Made by a program: the position numbers and the translations under genes. The notes below the pieces were generated by a model. The model searched no databases. It saw nothing but the letters and a program-made list of their open reading frames with translations, and was not told where the DNA came from. Positions 8,943-16,913 of a stretch of DNA of 19,537 bases are shown here, one piece after another. The first letter of the stretch is position 1. Every line of letters begins with the position of its first letter. This DNA is from a bacterium (GTDB lineage: Bacteria; Arandabacterota; Arandabacteria; Arandabacterales; JALGWA01): contig JASFEA010000050.1 of assembly GCA_050125095.1 (NCBI GenBank), forward strand, positions 1-19,537, given 5' to 3'.

Positions 8943-10361
8943 ATGGAGAGATTAGTCCATCTCTGGGCCCTTGGATTGACTTTGGTATGCGTTGTAGCCT
9001 CGCCGGTTTTCGGCCAGGATTGCGTGACGCTGAGGACGCCGGAGTTAGTCGACATTGTCGAGGGTGACAGACAGGTTGAGCTCTGGTGGCGGGACACCTA
9101 CCCGGAGTCTCTTACATGCGTTCATGAGCCGAAACTCGGCACCACGCAGTCCCCGTGGCAGGGAAATGCCGGCCTGGCCTCCGGCGGTTTCTATACGGGT
9201 GCCTGCGACTTCGACTACAGGTTCAATATCTTAATGAGCGACTCGGTGCAGTTCCGCTGGACGGAAGTGAACTGGATTACGGGCGCGCAGCGGGCCAGGG
9301 CCGTGACGGTAGGAGATACCGACACTCCCTATGATCTCTCCGACGGCATTACGGTCACCGTGCTGGCCGAAGGGCTCTTCACCATCACGGACTCGGAGGG
9401 CTGGACTCCGGCGGACCCGATGTTTCACGGCATTTACACGGGTGGCGCCGACTCGACGGCGGATGTCCCGGTGGCCTTCACTCTCTCCTGCGCCGTCGGC
9501 GGTGAGGTGAGCGGCGCGGGTGGCGCCGGCGCCGTGATCGACTGGTCCGATGATGGCGGCCGAAGCGGCAGCATCAGCCTCGAGGCTTCCGGGGTCGACT
9601 ATGAAATTGACAATGGCCTTATGGTGGAATTCCCCGCAGGCACCTACGTGGCCGGCGATACGCTGGTAATGGAGGCCATGAGGCCGTTCGTGGTCAACAA
9701 CCAGTTCAGCATAAGCGTCGAGACCTTCGACGGCTACCAGGTGCTCAGGCGTTCGGTGGAGGACAGGCCCGACGTTTACAAGGTCATCGCCAATATCTCG
9801 CGCTGCGACACGGCCAACTTCTTTCTCCCGGTGGACGAGACGCGCTATTTCATAGACAAGGGCATTGTCGGTGAGGAGGAGGGCGTGACCCCCGACCCCG
9901 ACGCGCCGACGGTGCTGAACGGGTTTCCGTACTATTACGCCGTTGTGACTTATGACGTGCTGGACAGCCCGTCGACCCCCGGCAAGATGGTGACAAGTCA
10001 TCCGATGGAGACCAAGGTCTATCCCTCGCCTCCCGTCGGAAGCTCGATAGACGACGTATTCGTAGTGCCCAATCCGTATCTCTTCCACTCGGGCTGGGAG
10101 GAGTCGGCCAACGGAGCGGCGGAGGCCAAGCTCCAGTTTTTCAACGTCCCCCAGGGCGCCCGGATAGTGATTTACGATGTCACGGGGAACTACATTCAGA
10201 CCATAAGTCCAAGTGCGCTGCACGACGGCACTTCCCAGTCGGGCAGGGCCGAGTGGAACCTTAAAAACGCCAGCGGCAGGGATGTCGTGGGTGGCGTGTA
10301 CATCTACCACATCACAGCCGGCGGAAGCGAGAAGGTCGGCAGATTCATAGTCATCAGATAG
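8943..10361 (+). CDS. Secreted protein (472 aa) with FN3-like region and C-terminal T9SS/FlgD-like tail
   Basis: RBS GGAGGT; Sec signal peptide (...VVASPVFG|QD); FN3-like GDRQVELWW...FDGYQVLRR...NGFPYYYAVVTYD; tail VFVVPNPY...IYDVTGNYIQ...WNLKNASGRDVVGGVYIYHI...GRFIVIR. Confidence 0.85.
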   Translation: MERLVHLWALGLTLVCVVASPVFGQDCVTLRTPELVDIVEGDRQVELWWRDTYPESLTCVHEPKLGTTQSPWQGNAGLASGGFYTGACDFDYRFNILMSDSVQFRWTEVNWITGAQRARAVTVGDTDTPYDLSDGITVTVLAEGLFTITDSEGWTPADPMFHGIYTGGADSTADVPVAFTLSCAVGGEVSGAGGAGAVIDWSDDGGRSGSISLEASGVDYEIDNGLMVEFPAGTYVAGDTLVMEAMRPFVVNNQFSISVETFDGYQVLRRSVEDRPDVYKVIANISRCDTANFFLPVDETRYFIDKGIVGEEEGVTPDPDAPTVLNGFPYYYAVVTYDVLDSPSTPGKMVTSHPMETKVYPSPPVGSSIDDVFVVPNPYLFHSGWEESANGAAEAKLQFFNVPQGARIVIYDVTGNYIQTISPSALHDGTSQSGRAEWNLKNASGRDVVGGVYIYHITAGGSEKVGRFIVIR

Positions 10362-10367
10362 ACGGCG

Positions 10368-10645
10368 GGCCGCCCGGGCGGCCGGCTGAAAGTGGCCTGT
10401 GAGCGCGAGCTCGACAGGCCAGCGTTATGTCTGCCCCGCCGGCACGGGAGCGGAGACATGATGGCGAGACGCGAGCAGGGTCTGAAGGCGCTTTCCGGCG
10501 CGGCGTCCTCATCCCGCCATGCAACATGGATTCGCCTCGTTCATTTCCGCATCCTGTGAAATGAATGAAAGGGGGCCGAGCGGCCCTCGAAACCTCCGGG
10601 ACCAGGTCGACGGATCCCGGAACCTGCGCCGGTGAAGGGACGCAG
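10368..10645 (+). other. Hairpin-rich intergenic region, candidate structured RNA or leader
   Basis: Serial inverted repeats at 10368-10383, 10393-10421, 10427-10459, 10461-10520, 10537-10568, 10571-10588, 10595-10621 and 10624-10645. Confidence 0.4.
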
Positions 10646-10648
10646 CCA

Positions 10649-11560
10649 ATGAAGACGAACAGCGACAGGCTGGTGATGCTCTCGGTCACAGGCCAGGTCT
10701 CAAGCCCCATGATGGCGGCCGGCGGCTACCGGATCGCCGGGAATACGGGCGCGCCCGTGATCCTGCCGGGCGTGGGCGGCATTACCTATAACATCAAGGT
10801 GGGCGATTCCGCGTGCGGCTGGGTGGCCGATCACGTGGAGCCGGGCGTGAGCGTGAAGAACCCCAGCCCCGGCGAGGGCAATCGCAGCGCCAACAACGCC
10901 CTCAACATCCTCGCCGCTATCGGGAACGACGCCGTCGTAATAAGCGGCGACGCCAAGGGCGCCAAAGGCACGGTTACGGGCAAGCACGGCGGCATTGAGC
11001 ACGTGCTGATGGACTTCGACGCCGCCGCGCTTCAAAAGCTCGCAATAGGCGACCGCATAATGGTGCGGGCGCTGGGCACGGGCCTCAAGCTGGACGGCTT
11101 CGACCATATTAAGATAATGAACCTCGACCCTCGCCTGCTCGCCAAAATGAAGGTCAGGGCCGTGGGCAACAAAGTGGAAGTGCCGGTAGCATGCGTGGTG
11201 CCCGCCAAGCTCATGGGTTCGGGCATCGGCAAGGCGCATGCCCATTCGGGCGATTACGACATACAGCTGCTTGACGGCAAGACAATCGAGAAGCTCGGCC
11301 TCGCCGACATACGCCTGGGAGATATAGTGGCAATCAAGGACGCCGACCATACGTTCGGCCGCATGTACCGGAAAGGCAGCATGACGATAGGCGTCGTTGT
11401 CCATTCGGACTGCGTGCTCTCCGGCCACGGGCCGGGGGTGACGACCATCATGACCTCTTCCGGCGGCCGCATCATCCCGCGCATCGATGCCGGCGCCAAC
11501 ATCGCCAGGCTTCTCAAGATAGGTACGTACCGAACCAAAGGCAGAGGAGGTAAGCGTTGA
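10649..11560 (+). CDS. DUF4438-like protein (303 aa)
   Basis: RBS AAGGGA before ATG 10649. The motifs PGVGGITYNIKVGD, ADHVEPGVS, GTVTGKHGGIEH, MGSGIG, GDYDI and HSDCVLSGHGPGVTT match my recollection of the DUF4438 (TM1086-like) family. Confidence 0.8.
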   Translation: MKTNSDRLVMLSVTGQVSSPMMAAGGYRIAGNTGAPVILPGVGGITYNIKVGDSACGWVADHVEPGVSVKNPSPGEGNRSANNALNILAAIGNDAVVISGDAKGAKGTVTGKHGGIEHVLMDFDAAALQKLAIGDRIMVRALGTGLKLDGFDHIKIMNLDPRLLAKMKVRAVGNKVEVPVACVVPAKLMGSGIGKAHAHSGDYDIQLLDGKTIEKLGLADIRLGDIVAIKDADHTFGRMYRKGSMTIGVVVHSDCVLSGHGPGVTTIMTSSGGRIIPRIDAGANIARLLKIGTYRTKGRGGKR

Positions 11561-12099
11561 AGAAGAAGACCGGGAGCGCGTTCAGGCTCTTTCCGGAGCT
11601 CGGCCTGATCAAGAAGAAGAAGCTACGGGACCAGGTGGCGGACGTCTGGGACGACGCCATGAAACTCGGCGGGTGGACAATGACGGAAGTGGAGAAGATT
11701 CCTTTCACCCTGCTCATTCCCAAGACCAAGGTGAGCCTCGTGGATCACACCCGCGCCGTTACGCAGACCGCGGTGGCCATAGCCGTCAGCCACGGCAAGA
11801 ACTACGGCCGGTCGGTCAGGATAGACATGGATGTGCTCGTGGCCGGCTCCATTCTCCATGATGTCGGAAAGCTCCTGGAATATAAGAAGACGGGCAAGGG
11901 ATATGTCAAGAGCAGGCTGGGCTCGCTTCTCAGGCATCCCTTCTCCGGGCAGGCGCTGGCCTACAAGCACGGCGTTCCGCCCGAGATACTCCATATGATT
12001 GCGTATCACTCCAAAGAGGGCGACCTTGGCAAGAGGACCGTGGAGGCCATAATCATTCATCACGCGGACTTCGTGAATTTCGAGCCGCTGAAGCCATAA
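11557..12099 (+). CDS. HD/HDIG-domain metal-dependent phosphohydrolase
   Basis: TTG start overlaps the upstream stop (TTGA) after GGAGG. The HD-superfamily motifs DHT, LHDVGK, RHP, YHS and HADF are present. Confidence 0.85.
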   Translation: MKKKTGSAFRLFPELGLIKKKKLRDQVADVWDDAMKLGGWTMTEVEKIPFTLLIPKTKVSLVDHTRAVTQTAVAIAVSHGKNYGRSVRIDMDVLVAGSILHDVGKLLEYKKTGKGYVKSRLGSLLRHPFSGQALAYKHGVPPEILHMIAYHSKEGDLGKRTVEAIIIHHADFVNFEPLKP

Positions 12100-12109
12100 C
12101 ACGGGCAGA

Positions 12110-12132
12110 GGGGCCGGCCCGGAGCCGGCCCC
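12110..12132 (+). terminator. GC-rich hairpin after the HD gene (possible terminator or stabiliser)
   Basis: GGGGCCGGC-ccgga-GCCGGCCCC 9-bp stem, with no U-tract. Confidence 0.4.
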
Positions 12133-12297
12133 GCGTCCCCTCCAACCCAATGTGCCCGCTGATGCCAGTGATTCCGCGCCACCCGGGCTCCAGACAGGAC
12201 TTCACAGGCCAGCCTCGGACCGGCCGCTGGCCGCCGTTCGCCGGGCGCCTCAGAACCGCTGCCCGGCCGTGGTTCACCGGCGCGCCGTATTGCTTGC

Positions 12298-12326
12298 TTG
12301 TTAAAACCGCGCAAAGCGGGTATAAT
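12298..12326 (+). promoter_or_regulatory. Sigma70-type promoter for the S8 peptidase
   Basis: TTGTTA (12298-12303), 17-nt spacer, perfect TATAAT (12321-12326), then RBS GGAGG at 12334. Confidence 0.75.
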
Positions 12327-12344
12327 TTTGCCTGGAGGCATGTA

Positions 12345-14042
12345 ATGAAAAAGAGAATCGGAATCGTCACGATATGGCTGATTGCCATCCTGCCGTTTCT
12401 AATCTCTTCCCCGGTATCCGCCGCCCGTATCTCCGGCGGCGTATATCGCTGGCTCGAGGCATCCGGGCCGGGCGAGACGGTGGCTGTCTGGGTCTTCTTA
12501 GCCGACAAGGGGCCGCGCACGCCTGAGACGCTGGAGCGGGACCTTATCGATGTCGCCGCCTCCTACACATCCGCCGCGCTTGAGCGGCGCCTCCGGGCAC
12601 GCGGCCTGGAGCCCTTCGACGGGAGGGACCTCCCTCTCTACCGGCCGTATCTCGAGGAAGTCTGCGGCACCGGCGCCGAAATCAGGGCCTTCTCCAAGTG
12701 GCTGAACGCGGTCAGCGTGCGCGCGACGGCGGAGCAGATTGAGAACATCGCCCGTCTCCCCCATGTGGTCGAATTGCGGAGGGTATCGGGACGCAGAGGA
12801 GGTCCCGAGCCCGAGTTGACCCCTGGAGCCCGGCCGGCAGCGCCCGTGTCGGGCGACTACGGGGAGTCCTGGCGCCAGCTCGAGCAGATCCAGGTGCTCG
12901 CGCTTCACGGCGAGGGCTATACCGGGACGGGCGTCAAGGTCGCAATTTTCGACACGGGTTTCTGGCTCGAGCATGAGGCCTTCACCGGTCTGAATGTAAT
13001 AGCCGAATGGGACTTCATAAACGACGACCCCGTGACCGAGGACGAGCCCGGCGACCCGGAGCACCAGCACTGCCACGGCACCATGTGCCTGTCGATAATT
13101 GGAGGGCGTTCGTTCGGGACGCTGCTGGGGCCGGCCTATGACGCCGAGTATATCCTGGCCAAGACCGAAGACATGTCCCAGGAAGACCCCGTGGAGGAGG
13201 ACTGGTGGATAGAGGCGGCCGAATGGGCCGACAGCCTGGGCGCGCAGGTAATCTCGAGCTCGCTGTGCTACAATGACTGGTACACTTATGAGGACATGGA
13301 CGGCAACACGGCCCCCATCACCATAGCCGCCGACCTCGCCGTGGAAAACGGCATAGTGGTCGTCAACGCGGCCGGCAACTCGGGGGCGTCGTCGTGGAGA
13401 TACATCCTCGCCCCCGCAGACGGCTTCGACGTCATCACCGCGGGCTCGGTTGACTCACTGGGGGTTCGCTCCTACTTCTCCAGCCAGGGCCCGACCTATG
13501 ACGGCAGGATAAAGCCGACGGTGATGGCCATGGGGGACGAAACCTATGTCGCCGATCCCGTCTGGGGAGCCGACGCCTATCGCCGTGGGGACGGAACCTC
13601 GTTCGCGACTCCGCTCATCGCCGGCGCCGTCGCCCTCATGCTCGAGAAGAATCCGCTCTGGGGCCCGCCTCACGTGATCGACGCGATCATGAACACGTCG
13701 ACGCTGGCGTCCCTTCCCGATACGCTATACGGTTATGGCATACTCCAGGCTCAAATCGCTTCCGACTTCCCGCAGGCAGGCATCGCCGCCGCGGCCGTCG
13801 CGGGCCCGGGCCTCAGCGTGTACCCGAACCCGGCCAGGTCCGGGTTCCTGATCGGCCACCGGCCCGGAGCCGGCACGGCGCGCATCTTCGACGTCACCGG
13901 ACGGCTCGTCGGCCAGGTCGATCTCTCGCCCGCGGGAGTGACCAGGGTCGATACCGGCAACCTTGGAGTCGCCGCAGCGCGCGGGGTCTATTTCATCGAG
14001 GCAGGCGCCGCCGGGACGGCCAAGGTGGTCATCCTGGAATAA
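12345..14042 (+). CDS. Secreted S8 (subtilisin-family) serine peptidase with propeptide and T9SS-like tail (565 aa)
   Basis: Signal peptide MKKRIGIVTIWLIAILPFLISSPVSA; catalytic motifs IFDTG, HGTMC, AAGN (oxyanion Asn), GTSFATP; tail VYPNP...IFDVTGRLV...GVYFI...KVVILE. Confidence 0.92.
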   Translation: MKKRIGIVTIWLIAILPFLISSPVSAARISGGVYRWLEASGPGETVAVWVFLADKGPRTPETLERDLIDVAASYTSAALERRLRARGLEPFDGRDLPLYRPYLEEVCGTGAEIRAFSKWLNAVSVRATAEQIENIARLPHVVELRRVSGRRGGPEPELTPGARPAAPVSGDYGESWRQLEQIQVLALHGEGYTGTGVKVAIFDTGFWLEHEAFTGLNVIAEWDFINDDPVTEDEPGDPEHQHCHGTMCLSIIGGRSFGTLLGPAYDAEYILAKTEDMSQEDPVEEDWWIEAAEWADSLGAQVISSSLCYNDWYTYEDMDGNTAPITIAADLAVENGIVVVNAAGNSGASSWRYILAPADGFDVITAGSVDSLGVRSYFSSQGPTYDGRIKPTVMAMGDETYVADPVWGADAYRRGDGTSFATPLIAGAVALMLEKNPLWGPPHVIDAIMNTSTLASLPDTLYGYGILQAQIASDFPQAGIAAAAVAGPGLSVYPNPARSGFLIGHRPGAGTARIFDVTGRLVGQVDLSPAGVTRVDTGNLGVAAARGVYFIEAGAAGTAKVVILE

Positions 14043-14076
14043 CCTTAACAGCGGGCGCCGGATATACCGAAATAAG

Positions 14077-14121
14077 TTGCAGGGGGATTATCTTATTATT
14101 AAGTTATCCACTACCATAACT
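14077..14121 (+). promoter_or_regulatory. Putative ppdK promoter with overlapping inverted repeat
   Basis: TTGCAG (14077-14082), 17-nt spacer, TAAGTT (14100-14105) in an AT-rich gap; inverted repeat AGTTAT-N8-ATAACT at 14102-14121. Confidence 0.4.
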
Positions 14122-14144
14122 ACTATATGCGAAAGGGAGACGCC

Positions 14145-16913
14145 ATGGACAAGCTGACCTATATCTTCGGCGGAGGCAGCGCCGACGGTGACGCCAAAAT
14201 GAAAGAACTGCTGGGGGGGAAGGGTGCCAACCTCGCGGAGATGTCGAGGATCGGGCTCCCCGTTCCCGCCGGTTTCACCATACCGACCACCGTATGCGCC
14301 CATTTCTCGGCCAGCGGGGGCACGTATCCCGGCGGCTTCGAAGACCAGGTGAGGAGCAGCCTCAAGAAGGTCGAGGGGATAATGGGCAAGAGTTTCGGGG
14401 GCGCCAAAGACCCGCTGCTCCTGTCTGTGCGCTCGGGCGCCAGAGTGTCCATGCCCGGCATGATGGACACCGTGCTCAATATCGGGCTCAACGACACAAC
14501 GGTCAAGGCCATGGCCGCCAAGGGCGACGAGCGATTCGCGTATGACTGCTATCGCCGCCTGGTGCAGATGTATGGCGACGTGGTTCTGGGCTTGAAGCCC
14601 CAGGACGACACTTCGCATGACCCCTTCGAGAAACTCATTTCGGACCGCAAGCGGGAAAAGGGGGTCAAGCAGGACACCGAGCTCGACGTCGATGACCTGA
14701 AGGCGCTTGTCGCCGGCTTCAAGGACCTCATAAAGACCCACAAGGGCGTGGAGTTCCCGGACGACCCCTACGACCAGCTCTGGGGCGCGATAGAGGCCGT
14801 GTTCAAGTCGTGGGACAACGCGAGGGCGATCGAGTACCGCAAGATCAACAACATCCCCGATGACTGGGGAACGGCCGTCAACGTCCAGGCCATGGTGTTC
14901 GGCAATCTCAACTGGAACTCGGCCACGGGCGTCGCCTTCACGCGCAACCCGGCGACGGGCGAGGACGTGTTCTACGGCGAGTACCTGCTGAACGCGCAGG
15001 GGGAAGACGTTGTGGCAGGCATCAGGACGCCCCAGCCCATAAATATCGCGCAGAGAGAAGAGGACTCGGATCTTAAGAGCCTCGAGGAGGAGATGCCCGA
15101 AGCATACCGGCAGCTCGTCGACGTCCGCAACAAGCTGGACAACCACTTCAAGGACATGCAGGACCTCGAGTTTACGGTCGAGGACGGCAGACTCTATATA
15201 CTCCAGACCAGGGCCGGCAAGCGCACCGGTCTCGCGGCCCTCAGGATCGCCTATGACATGTTCGATGAAGGTCTCATAGACAAGGACGAGGCCCTGCTCC
15301 GGATAGAGCCCGAGCAGCTCAACCACATCCTGAGGCCGCTTTTCGACGATGACGCTCTCAAGAAGGCCAAGGAAGAGAAACGCGTGGTTGCGCGCGGCCT
15401 CAACGCGGGCCCGGGAGCGGCGACCGGCAAGGTGGTCTTCAGCGCCGAGCGCGCGAAGCACTATGTGCGCGAAAAGAGGCAGCCGGTCATCCTGGTAAGA
15501 GAGGAGACCAGCCCCGAGGACGTCGGCGGCATGAGCCTCTCGGAGGGCATACTCACCGCCAGGGGCGGCATGACCTCACATGCGGCTCTCGTCGCCAGGC
15601 AGCTCGGCAAAGTCTGCATCGTGGGCTGCGAGGCGCTCGAGATAGATTATGAGAAGCGGGTTATGAAGATCGGCGAGCATTTAATCAAGGAAGGCGACGA
15701 CATCTCGCTCCTGGGCACCAACGGCAAAGTCATACTCGGCAAGGTCGCCACCAAGAAGTCCGAGGTGGAGAGGGTGCTGGTCGACAAGACCATGTCCCCG
15801 GAGGAGTCCGACACCTACAGGCTCTATGAGACCGTGATGACCTGGGCGGATGAGCGCAGGCGCATGGGCGTGAGGGCCAACGCCGACCAGCCCGACCAGG
15901 CGCAGCTCGCCATCGCTTTCGGCGCGGAGGGCATCGGGCTCTGCCGTACCGAGCACATGTTCTTCGGCGAGGACAGGATCAACAAGGTGCGCCAGATGAT
16001 CGTGGCCGAGACCTCCGATGAGAGGGCCGCCGCGCTGGCGAAGCTCGAGCCCCTTCAGAAGGAAGACTTCAAGGGGCTTCTCAAAGTGATGGCGGGCCGG
16101 CCGGTGACGATAAGGCTCCTGGACCCGCCGCTGCATGAGTTCCTGCCCAAGACCGAGGAGGAGGCCCGGGCGGTGGCCGAGGAAATAGGGATAAGCACCG
16201 AGGCAATACTCGAGAAGAGCGCCGACATGGCCGAATTCAATCCCATGCTCGGGCACCGCGGGTGCCGGCTGGGAATAACGCATCCGGAGATCTACGATAT
16301 GCAGGTGCGCGCCATCATCGAGGCCGCCTGCGAGCTCAAGAAAGAGGGCAGCGAAGTGGTGCCCGAGATCATGGTACCGCTTGTAAGCATATTCAAGGAG
16401 CTCTCCTTCATCAGCGAGAGGATCAAGCGCGTGGCCGAGAGCGTGATGACGCGCATGGGAGTGAGGACGGGCTACTTGATCGGCACCATGATAGAGATCC
16501 CCCGGGCCTGCATGACGGCGAACGAGGTGGCGGAGGTCGCCGAGTTCTTCTCATTCGGCACCAATGACCTCACTCAGATGACATACGGCTTCAGCCGCGA
16601 CGACGCAGGGCCCGTTATACGGCGCTACGTCGACGTGGGCGTGATAAAGCGCGACCCGTTCCAGAGCCTCGACCACAGGGGCGTGGGCGACCTCATGAGG
16701 ATCGCCGTTGAGAGGGGCCGCGAGGCAAGGCCCGGCATCAAGCTCGGCATATGCGGCGAGCACGGCGGCGACCCCAGGTCCATAGGGTTCTGTGAGACCC
16801 TCGGCCTGGACTACGTGAGCTGTTCGCCCTACAGGATACCCGTGGCCAGAGTGGCCTCGGCGAGAGCGGCGCTTCTTAAGGCCAGAAGCAAGGTCAATGC
16901 GGGGGCGCATTAG
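14145..16913 (+). CDS. ppdK: Pyruvate, phosphate dikinase (922 aa)
   Basis: RBS AAGGGAG; motifs LLGGKGANL, PLLLSVRSGA, SMPGMMDT, GEYLLNAQGEDVVAG, GGMTSHAALVAR (phospho-His), GIGLCRTEHMF, FSFGTNDLTQ, GICGEHGG. Confidence 0.97.
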   Translation: MDKLTYIFGGGSADGDAKMKELLGGKGANLAEMSRIGLPVPAGFTIPTTVCAHFSASGGTYPGGFEDQVRSSLKKVEGIMGKSFGGAKDPLLLSVRSGARVSMPGMMDTVLNIGLNDTTVKAMAAKGDERFAYDCYRRLVQMYGDVVLGLKPQDDTSHDPFEKLISDRKREKGVKQDTELDVDDLKALVAGFKDLIKTHKGVEFPDDPYDQLWGAIEAVFKSWDNARAIEYRKINNIPDDWGTAVNVQAMVFGNLNWNSATGVAFTRNPATGEDVFYGEYLLNAQGEDVVAGIRTPQPINIAQREEDSDLKSLEEEMPEAYRQLVDVRNKLDNHFKDMQDLEFTVEDGRLYILQTRAGKRTGLAALRIAYDMFDEGLIDKDEALLRIEPEQLNHILRPLFDDDALKKAKEEKRVVARGLNAGPGAATGKVVFSAERAKHYVREKRQPVILVREETSPEDVGGMSLSEGILTARGGMTSHAALVARQLGKVCIVGCEALEIDYEKRVMKIGEHLIKEGDDISLLGTNGKVILGKVATKKSEVERVLVDKTMSPEESDTYRLYETVMTWADERRRMGVRANADQPDQAQLAIAFGAEGIGLCRTEHMFFGEDRINKVRQMIVAETSDERAAALAKLEPLQKEDFKGLLKVMAGRPVTIRLLDPPLHEFLPKTEEEARAVAEEIGISTEAILEKSADMAEFNPMLGHRGCRLGITHPEIYDMQVRAIIEAACELKKEGSEVVPEIMVPLVSIFKELSFISERIKRVAESVMTRMGVRTGYLIGTMIEIPRACMTANEVAEVAEFFSFGTNDLTQMTYGFSRDDAGPVIRRYVDVGVIKRDPFQSLDHRGVGDLMRIAVERGREARPGIKLGICGEHGGDPRSIGFCETLGLDYVSCSPYRIPVARVASARAALLKARSKVNAGAH

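Noticed and set aside
10427-10564. 45-codon ORF (MSAPPARERR...) in the intergenic region
   Set aside because: It has no RBS and no recognisable motif; such ORFs are expected by chance at this GC content.
10566-10640. Partial likeness to known riboswitches (TPP-like CCCG-GAACCTG...GCCGGTGAAGGGA; SAM-I-like GGCCC..GAAACC)
   Set aside because: The essential cores are missing: no CTGAGA or complete P5 for TPP, and no GCAACC/GGTGC for SAM-I. No known family is called.
14104-14112. TTATCCACT, a one-mismatch DnaA box in an AT-rich gap
   Set aside because: It is a single imperfect copy in a ~100-nt gap, with no box cluster or replication genes, so it is not evidence for an origin.
14088-15461. Long antisense ORFs (457 aa here; also 9231-10310, 7840-8835, 1457-2266, 3273-4031, 4173-4973, 10700-11428)
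   Set aside because: These are shadow frames opposite well-supported genes, typical of high-GC codon usage, and show no motifs.
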